Under the pieces are notes generated by a model that was not told the origin of the DNA, did not search any database, and saw only the letters and a list, made by a program, of their open reading frames with translations. Made by a program: the position numbers and the translations under genes. 64,000 bases of DNA from Candidatus Latescibacterota bacterium. Its GTDB lineage: Bacteria; Latescibacterota; UBA2968. Shown piece by piece: positions 57,301 to 64,000 of the stretch. The stretch's first letter is position 1. Each line of letters opens with the position of its first letter. The stretch lies in NCBI GenBank assembly GCA_965205975.1, contig OZ242195.1, positions 1,824,001 to 1,888,000 of the forward strand. The letters run 5' to 3'.

Positions 57301-58821
57301 GTGAAAAAACTTTTTCGAATTGCGCTAATTATCACTGCCATCCCTTCAATTGCCCTATCGCAGACCTTACCCAACCTGACTGCGCTAAGCGAAACTATTA
57401 AGCCACAGGTATCGTCAATTCGGTTACTCAACTTTATCCAGCCATTCACAATACGCTATCAGACAAACGCGGAAATCACCGCATTCATAAGCGATGAGTT
57501 CAATCAGACTGTACCGCTAACAATTCGTCAAAACTACGATCTATTAATCCGCGCCATCGGGTTGTACCACGGAGGTATCCCCTTCGACTTCGAAGCTCTG
57601 ATAAGAGCTTCACAGAGCCAAATAGGTGCCTATTACTATCCCGCAAACCGTTCTATCAACATCCCGATAGGATCAATTCCCATACAAGAGCTTCGAGTAA
57701 TCGTAGTCCATGAACTGACGCATGTGCTACAGGACCAACACTTTGGACTCGACCGTTTACTCAGCGCAACAAACAGCGACAAATTATTAGCCCATCAAGC
57801 TCTCGCCGAAGGCGATGCAACGCTGGTGGAATACCTCTGGTTTTTAGATCGCACTGGACAAACGATGTCAGATGCCCAACTACAACAATTCGTAAACAAT
57901 ATTGCCAACACGACGGTTGGCGAAGTCAAACGCAACCTCAAAGATGCAACAGCAGATCCACAGGTCGTCAAAGCGATTGACGAAACCCCCGATTTTATAT
58001 TCGAACAACAACTTGGAATCTACTTTCGCGGGCTGGCCTTTGTATTTGATCTGAAAAAACGCGGAGGCTGGGCAACAGTGAATCGCGCGTACACCAATCT
58101 GCCAATGTCAATGGAACACATCCTTCACCCAGACAAATACTTCGCAGGAGAATCTCCCGAGGAGATCGCACTTCCAGATCTGGCAAACGAAACCTTCACA
58201 GGGAGCTGGGAACTGTTGGACCAGGATACACTGGGCGAATTTGGCCTCAGAATCATCTTCAATACCTTTGATGTCAATACCCCATCACACTCGGCGGCCG
58301 CGGGCTGGCATGGCGACCAGTATGTCGTCCTCAAACACCGCCAGGATGATACACCCGCTCTCGTCCTGTTCACGACCTGGGATACGGAACGGGATGCGAC
58401 AGAGTTCAAAACAGCCTACGAAGACGTGCTCGCAATAAAACACCGTGGATCTACAGACTTCAGAATTGAGCAGCGAGGGACAGATGTGTTAATTTCTGAA
58501 TCATCTCGGGACCTCGACCTGTTATTTGCGTACCTCGAAAAAGTTCGGTTCACCCCCACGGTAGCCCTCGAACTCTTCGATTTTGACGGCGATCGCACGA
58601 TCGGCTTCTCGGACTTCCTCCTGTTCGCTGCCCACTTTGGCAAGAACAGTTCTGACCCTGATTTTGACCCGCAATTCGACATCGATGCAGATGGTATGGT
58701 CGGCTTCTCGGACTTCCTCGCATTTGCTTCTGCTTTCGGAAAACAAATTACGCGCAACTCAAAACCCACTGTTGTAATTGACCCGCACGTTATCCACCGC
58801 ACGTTGGGATTCGTCCGATAA
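57301..58821 (+). CDS. Secreted zinc-metalloprotease-like protein with C-terminal paired EF-hand/dockerin-like repeats
   Basis: Signal peptide; HELTHVLQDQHF...ALAEGDA; AAAGWHGD; DFDGDRTIGFSDF and DIDADGMVGFSDF. Confidence 0.75.
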   Translation: MKKLFRIALIITAIPSIALSQTLPNLTALSETIKPQVSSIRLLNFIQPFTIRYQTNAEITAFISDEFNQTVPLTIRQNYDLLIRAIGLYHGGIPFDFEALIRASQSQIGAYYYPANRSINIPIGSIPIQELRVIVVHELTHVLQDQHFGLDRLLSATNSDKLLAHQALAEGDATLVEYLWFLDRTGQTMSDAQLQQFVNNIANTTVGEVKRNLKDATADPQVVKAIDETPDFIFEQQLGIYFRGLAFVFDLKKRGGWATVNRAYTNLPMSMEHILHPDKYFAGESPEEIALPDLANETFTGSWELLDQDTLGEFGLRIIFNTFDVNTPSHSAAAGWHGDQYVVLKHRQDDTPALVLFTTWDTERDATEFKTAYEDVLAIKHRGSTDFRIEQRGTDVLISESSRDLDLLFAYLEKVRFTPTVALELFDFDGDRTIGFSDFLLFAAHFGKNSSDPDFDPQFDIDADGMVGFSDFLAFASAFGKQITRNSKPTVVIDPHVIHRTLGFVR

Positions 58822-58841
58822 AGCGGTCAGGCATATCCTCT

Positions 58842-60329
58842 ATGTCTATTCCCAGACATCCGCGCTTTGCCATGCACGGCATTCGCAAAACCTTTGGCGC
58901 GACCGTCGCGCTCGACAATGTCGATTTTGCCGTTTCAGCCAGCGAAATTCACGCCCTCATCGGTGAAAATGGCGCAGGCAAAAGCACCCTGATGAAAGTG
59001 CTATCGGGAGCCTTGCAACCCGATGCCGGGGAAATGAACGTTGACGGATCGCCCTTCGCACCTGCCAATCCCCTCCAGGCGCGGCAGCAGGGCGTCGCCA
59101 TGATCTATCAAGAACTCTCCCTCGCGCCGCATCTAACCGTTGTAGAAAACGTCCTCCTCGGAATGGAAATAACGCGACGCGGGCTATTGCAAAAATCAGA
59201 CATGCACGCCCTTGTTCAAAACGCGCTAACAGAACTCGACCATGCCGATATCGACCCCCACGCACGCGTAAGCACCCTCACCATTGCCGAACGACAAATC
59301 GTAGAAATTGCACGCGCACTATCTGTTCAATGCCGCGTCCTCGTCCTCGACGAACCTACCAGCAGCCTCACGCGCGCAGATGCCGACCGTTTATTTCGCG
59401 TGATGCAACGCCTGAAAGCGCGAAATTTGGCAATCGTCTATATCTCGCATTTCCTCGAAGAAATCAAAGAAATCGCCGATCAATTCACAGTTCTGCGAGA
59501 CGGCAAAAAAGCTGGCAGTGGCCCGGTCGCTCAAACTCCCATATCCGACATCGTCCGCCTCATGGTCGGTCGGCAAATTGACGACTTTTTCCCGCGCTCC
59601 AAACGCACGCCGGGCGAACCCCTCCTCGATCTCACAAACGGCGCCCCTCTCCCTCACAGCGCGTCCCTCGTCCTGCACCGCGGAGAAGTACTCGGTATTG
59701 GCGGACTCATCGGCGCGGGTCGCACGGAACTTTTGCGCGCCATTTTTGGCCTTGACCCCATCAGTAAAGGCAATATCACCTTCGCGCACAGCACGGGCCG
59801 CGCAACACCTGTACAGCGCCTCGCTCAAGGAATGGGATTGCTCAGCGAAGACCGCAAAGACGAGGGCCTCGCCCAGTCTATGAGTCTGGCCGACAACCTC
59901 ACCCTCTCACGCTTGCCCAGAGGGTTCATCTTTCCCAAAAAACTGCACACCATTGCCCATCAGTGGATATCTCGCCTCGACATTCGCACATCGGGACCTG
60001 CACAATCCATTGCAGATCTTTCCGGCGGCAATCAGCAAAAAGTCGCGCTCGCCCGCCTGCTCTATCACGATGTAGATTGCCTGCTTTTGGACGAACCCAC
60101 GCGCGGTATTGACATTGCCAGCAAAGCCGACATCTACCACCTGATTGACCAACTCGCAACACAGGGAAAAGCCATTCTCCTCGTAAGCAGTTACTTGCCT
60201 GAACTCCTCGGGATATGCGACCGCATCGCCGTCATGTACCGCGGTCAACTCGGCCCGGCGCGTCCCGTTGACAAATGCAGCGAACACAGCCTCATGCTCG
60301 AAGCGACCGGGCAGGAGGTCGCACTGTGA
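58842..60329 (+). CDS. Sugar ABC transporter ATP-binding protein (RbsA-like, two NBDs)
   Basis: GENGAGKS, LDEPTSSL, YISH, LSGGNQQK, LDEPTRGID. Confidence 0.95.
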   Translation: MSIPRHPRFAMHGIRKTFGATVALDNVDFAVSASEIHALIGENGAGKSTLMKVLSGALQPDAGEMNVDGSPFAPANPLQARQQGVAMIYQELSLAPHLTVVENVLLGMEITRRGLLQKSDMHALVQNALTELDHADIDPHARVSTLTIAERQIVEIARALSVQCRVLVLDEPTSSLTRADADRLFRVMQRLKARNLAIVYISHFLEEIKEIADQFTVLRDGKKAGSGPVAQTPISDIVRLMVGRQIDDFFPRSKRTPGEPLLDLTNGAPLPHSASLVLHRGEVLGIGGLIGAGRTELLRAIFGLDPISKGNITFAHSTGRATPVQRLAQGMGLLSEDRKDEGLAQSMSLADNLTLSRLPRGFIFPKKLHTIAHQWISRLDIRTSGPAQSIADLSGGNQQKVALARLLYHDVDCLLLDEPTRGIDIASKADIYHLIDQLATQGKAILLVSSYLPELLGICDRIAVMYRGQLGPARPVDKCSEHSLMLEATGQEVAL

Positions 60330-61264
60330 ATTATCTATCGCGCTTTGCCCCCTTGCTGGGCCTATTTGCAGTGTACGGCCTATTCGCCATTCTCGGTCCC
60401 GACAGCTTTAGCAGCGGCCGCAACCTCGAGACCATCGCGCGTCAAACAGCCATTGTCGGCACAGCAGCGCTCGGCATGACCCTCGTCATTATTGCCGGGG
60501 GCATTGATCTCTCTGTCGGCTCCATCATAGCCCTGACCACCGTCACCATCGCAGCAGCGCTCCAGGCTGGCCTGTCACCCCTGTTCGCTGCACTCATCGG
60601 CATACTCACAGGCGCCCTGTGCGGCCTTGTCAACGGCCTGATTATCACCCGTTTTCGCGTCGTACCTTTTATCGTAACACTCGGCACGCTACTGCTCGTG
60701 CGCGGCATTGCCAAAGGACTGGCCAGCGAACAGAAAATCGACGCTCCCCTCACCTATCTCATCGACCTGCTCGCAGCACTTCCGCAAGATGCGTGGTGGA
60801 TATTCCCGCCCGGCGTATGGCTCCTCATCATCCTCGCCCTCCTCACCGTCGGATTCCTCGCCTATACGCGCCCGGGCAAACACATCGTAGCCATTGGCTC
60901 CAATGAAAACACGGCTCGCCTGTGCGGCATTCGCGTTGAAGCCACCAAATTACTCGTCTATACCCTCGCCGGAACATCCGCAGGCATAGCCGGACTCCTC
61001 CAATTTTCGCGCCTCACGGTAGGCGATCCCACGGTCGCTGTTGGCCTCGAACTCGACGTCATCGCAGCCGTTGTCATCGGCGGGGGCAGCCTCTCGGGCG
61101 GCGAAGGCTCGGTACTCGGCAGCGTGGTCGGTGCCCTGATCATGACCGTCATTCGCTCTGGCTGTTCACAAATGGGCCTGCCAAATTGGGTGCAGGAAAT
61201 CGTCACTGGCATTATTATAGTCACCGCGGTAGCTGTCGATAGACTGAGACATCGAGAAAGATAG
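60326..61264 (+). CDS. Sugar ABC transporter permease (RbsC-like)
   Basis: GGIDLSVGS, PFIVTLG, AIGSN, ELDVIAAVVIGG. Confidence 0.95.
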   Translation: MNYLSRFAPLLGLFAVYGLFAILGPDSFSSGRNLETIARQTAIVGTAALGMTLVIIAGGIDLSVGSIIALTTVTIAAALQAGLSPLFAALIGILTGALCGLVNGLIITRFRVVPFIVTLGTLLLVRGIAKGLASEQKIDAPLTYLIDLLAALPQDAWWIFPPGVWLLIILALLTVGFLAYTRPGKHIVAIGSNENTARLCGIRVEATKLLVYTLAGTSAGIAGLLQFSRLTVGDPTVAVGLELDVIAAVVIGGGSLSGGEGSVLGSVVGALIMTVIRSGCSQMGLPNWVQEIVTGIIIVTAVAVDRLRHRER

Positions 61265-61382
61265 TGAATACCCATCTCTGTTTTTTGCAACTTATTTCCC
61301 ATACCTGAGTTAGAAAAAACATATCTTATTGCAGACCGGAGCCAACGCCATGGCTCATTCACCCATTTCAAGGAGTAAACCC

Positions 61383-61829
61383 ATGCAAACCCGACGCACT
61401 CTCTCCCTCATCGCCCTCGCTTTTTTGTTCACCACAGCCCCTGTCTTTGCAGGCACCGTGGAAGTAGAAGGCGAAGGCACGCCAGCCCTGTACGTGGTCA
61501 AAGTACACGCCGACTGGTGCGGCTCCTGCAAGGCACTGGTGCCCATTCTCGACGAAGTCCGAGAAACCATGTCTGCCGAGCCTGTTCTCTTTCTCACCCT
61601 GGATGTAACCGACGCAGACCGCACCGGCCAGGCCCGCCTGCTGGCCGCAGCCCTCGGCATAGAGCAACATCTCAAAACCAATAACAAGACCGGACTGGTC
61701 CTGATCATCAACCCCTCGGACAAGGCCCTGCTGGAAACCCTGACTAAAGAAAACACCGCCGATGAAATGGTCGGCAAAATTGAGGGTCATATTGCTGAAA
61801 CTGCGGACGCAGACGATATGGATATGTGA
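61383..61829 (+). CDS. Exported thioredoxin-fold protein
   Basis: Signal peptide; HADWCGSCK; RBS aaggag. Confidence 0.8.
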   Translation: MQTRRTLSLIALAFLFTTAPVFAGTVEVEGEGTPALYVVKVHADWCGSCKALVPILDEVRETMSAEPVLFLTLDVTDADRTGQARLLAAALGIEQHLKTNNKTGLVLIINPSDKALLETLTKENTADEMVGKIEGHIAETADADDMDM

Positions 61830-61925
61830 GGCAAGAGATCAAATTACGGTGCATCACTTAGCGATCACTGGGCGATGCACCTGAAAAATCAACTATATTA
61901 CAATGCTACTTATCGGAATCACAAC

Positions 61926-63203
61926 ATGAACAAAGACACCGCATTTCAAATGGGAGCCTCAAACCTGCGCTTTGGGGTAGGGACAACGCGAGAGATCGGC
62001 ATGGACCTTTCCGACATGGGCCTCAAGCGCGTCCTCGTCATCACCGACCCCAACCTCGTCGATCTACCCCCTGTTCAAACCGCGAGAGAGAGCCTGGAAT
62101 CCGAAGGCATAGAATACGATCTGTTCGATCGCGTACGCGTGGAACCCACAGATATCTCTTTCAAAGACGCCATTGCAGTCGCCACAGAAGGTGCTTACGA
62201 AGGCTATGTCGCCATTGGGGGCGGTTCATCTATCGACACGGCAAAAGCAGCCAATTTATTTGCAACCTATCCCGACGACTTCTTCGCCTATATCAACGCA
62301 CCCATCGGCCAGGGCAAACCCGTTCCCGGCCCCGTCAAACCCCTCTTTGCCATTCCCACCACAGCCGGTACGGGAAGCGAAACCACGGGCGTAGCCATTA
62401 TGGACCTCTCTGACCGCCACGTCAAAACCGGCATTGCACACCGCTATCTCAAACCCGACCTCGCCATTGTCGATCCCGAAAACACGCGCACCATGCCGCC
62501 TTCCATCGCGGCGGCAACCGGCCTCGACGTCCTTTGCCACGCCCTCGAATCCTTCACCGCTATCCCCTATACCGAACGCCCCAGACCCAATCGCCCAATC
62601 GAACGCCCCGCCTATCAAGGCGCCAACCCCATTTCCGACATGTGGGCACTCAAAGCCATTGAAATGACGACGCAATACCTGCCCCGCGCGGTTCGCAACC
62701 CCGATGATGACGAAGCCCGCGCGCAAATGATCCTCGCCGCATCGCTCGCTGGCATCGGCTTTGGCAATGCAGGCGTTCACCTCTGCCACGGCATGTCGTA
62801 TCCCGTCTCAGGTATGGTGCGAGACTTCAAACCCAAAGGCATGATCACAGACCACGCCATCATCCCACACGGCATGTCCGTCGTCCTCAACGCCCCTCCC
62901 GTCTTTCGATTCACAGGACCCGCGCAGCCTGAACGCCACCTTCAAGCTGCTCAGATCATGGGGGCAGACATCTCCAACGCATCTCCCGATGAAGCGGGCC
63001 ACATTCTCGCCAATCAAATCGTCGCCCTGATGAAGCAACTCGAAGTCCCCAATGGTCTGTCAGCAATCGGATTTACCGAAAGTGACATCCCTGCACTCAT
63101 AGAAGGCACCCTCCCCCAACACCGCGTCACCAAGCTCTCACCGCGCCCCGCAGAAGCCGAAGATTTGGAAGCCTTGTTCAAAGATGCAATGGTTGCATGG
63201 TGA
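61926..63203 (+). CDS. Hydroxyacid-oxoacid transhydrogenase (Fe-ADH family, ADHFE1-like)
   Basis: GGGSSID, PTTAGTGSETT, LDVLCHALES, RPAYQGANPISD, GVHLCHGMSYPV, IPHG. Confidence 0.88.
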   Translation: MNKDTAFQMGASNLRFGVGTTREIGMDLSDMGLKRVLVITDPNLVDLPPVQTARESLESEGIEYDLFDRVRVEPTDISFKDAIAVATEGAYEGYVAIGGGSSIDTAKAANLFATYPDDFFAYINAPIGQGKPVPGPVKPLFAIPTTAGTGSETTGVAIMDLSDRHVKTGIAHRYLKPDLAIVDPENTRTMPPSIAAATGLDVLCHALESFTAIPYTERPRPNRPIERPAYQGANPISDMWALKAIEMTTQYLPRAVRNPDDDEARAQMILAASLAGIGFGNAGVHLCHGMSYPVSGMVRDFKPKGMITDHAIIPHGMSVVLNAPPVFRFTGPAQPERHLQAAQIMGADISNASPDEAGHILANQIVALMKQLEVPNGLSAIGFTESDIPALIEGTLPQHRVTKLSPRPAEAEDLEALFKDAMVAW

Positions 63204-63288
63204 AATCAAAGGTTGCCATTCTGTTTCTGAAATATTATGATGTAAGCACCAACAGCATTGATATGCAGGCATAACAGGAGGGGTTTTC

Positions 63289-64000
63289 GTGGACGCTAAA
63301 CTAATCTGGCTTTTTGCTTTTGTGGGACTTTACTGGGCTTATTGCCTCTTCTGGGGTGTCAGAGGCGCTATCTCTTCACGCACATCAACCGACTACTTCG
63401 TGGCCGGACGCACCATTGGCTTATGGGTATTTGTTCTTGCGGCCACCGCCACCAGCTTTTCTGGCTGGACCTTTGTAGGACACCCCGGCAAAATCCTCAT
63501 CGATGGCCTGCCCTACGCATTCGCTTCCTTCTATGCCCTCACAATACCCTTTACAGGCGTGCTCTTTTTGCGCCGCCAATGGGTCGTTGGTCGGGCGTTT
63601 GAACACATTACCCCCGGCGAAATGTACACCACCTACTACGGTGGCAATGCCATGCGTCTGCTCACGGTTCTCGTCGCCTTCCTCTTTTCAGTACCTTATC
63701 TCGGCGTACAACTCCGCGCCTCTGGCGACCTCTTCCACGTACTCACAGACGGCATGATCGGCATTGAAGTGGGAATGTTCGCCCTCTCTGCCATTGTTAT
63801 GATCTACGTCGCCTCCGGCGGTCTTCGATCCGTTGCCTATGTTGACTGCGCCCAATGCGTCTTGCTCGCCCTCGGCATTGTCATCCTGGGCGGCATCGCC
63901 ATCAGCTTTGCAGGAGGTTGGGGCGGGTTTACCGATGGCCTTGCAGCCTATGTCAAACAAGACCTTGCATCGGGCCAAAAACTCACCCCCGCCGGTCACT
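63289..64000 (+). CDS. Sodium:solute symporter family protein (partial, runs off the window)
   Basis: Not in the ORF track; hand translation from GTG 63289 after RBS aggagg: VDAKLIWLF...DYFVAGR...ATATSFSGWTFVGHPG...YVASGGLRSVAY. Confidence 0.88.
   Translation, partial: MDAKLIWLFAFVGLYWAYCLFWGVRGAISSRTSTDYFVAGRTIGLWVFVLAATATSFSGWTFVGHPGKILIDGLPYAFASFYALTIPFTGVLFLRRQWVVGRAFEHITPGEMYTTYYGGNAMRLLTVLVAFLFSVPYLGVQLRASGDLFHVLTDGMIGIEVGMFALSAIVMIYVASGGLRSVAYVDCAQCVLLALGIVILGGIAISFAGGWGGFTDGLAAYVKQDLASGQKLTPAGH

Overview
Bacterial chromosomal window. The host is not determinable from sequence alone; the sulfatases and the dockerin-like 'DFDGDxxxGFSDF' protein tail loosely suggest an FCB/Latescibacterota-like organism. 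1-33 kb is mostly housekeeping and metabolic: an HlyD/REC-AraC unit under a sigma54-type promoter, two ABC exporters, an rnhB-yraN fusion, hisS, aspS, the phoH-7TM/HD-ybeY-CBS/CorC block, three tRNAs, an nrdR with tandem NrdR boxes over its own promoter, a tetraheme cytochrome c, an HD-family phosphohydrolase, an M23 peptidase, a BNR-repeat protein, a DUF4143 ATPase, a DapA-family aldolase and two sulfatases. About 33.2-55.4 kb is a defence island built on a stretched-out Type I R-M locus (half-size hsdS, hsdM, an hsdS interrupted by an IS982-family element, hsdR, M48 peptidase). Its cargo is rhuM, toxin-antitoxin modules and remnants, an unnamed two-gene HNH-TPR-(PIN-like)x2 plus 643-aa partner system, an IS256-truncated ThsB-like TIR with a small membrane partner, and a Fic protein. 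Several cargo junctions carry a 10-bp-period CGCAGAT repeat that supplies stop codons and RBSs and sits beside gene remnants, giving a cassette-like architecture. 55.4-64 kb holds an SDR/sugar-ABC operon with an inserted secreted metalloprotease, a thioredoxin-like protein, a hydroxyacid-oxoacid transhydrogenase and a partial sodium:solute symporter. All family calls come from motif recognition by eye; no database searches were run.
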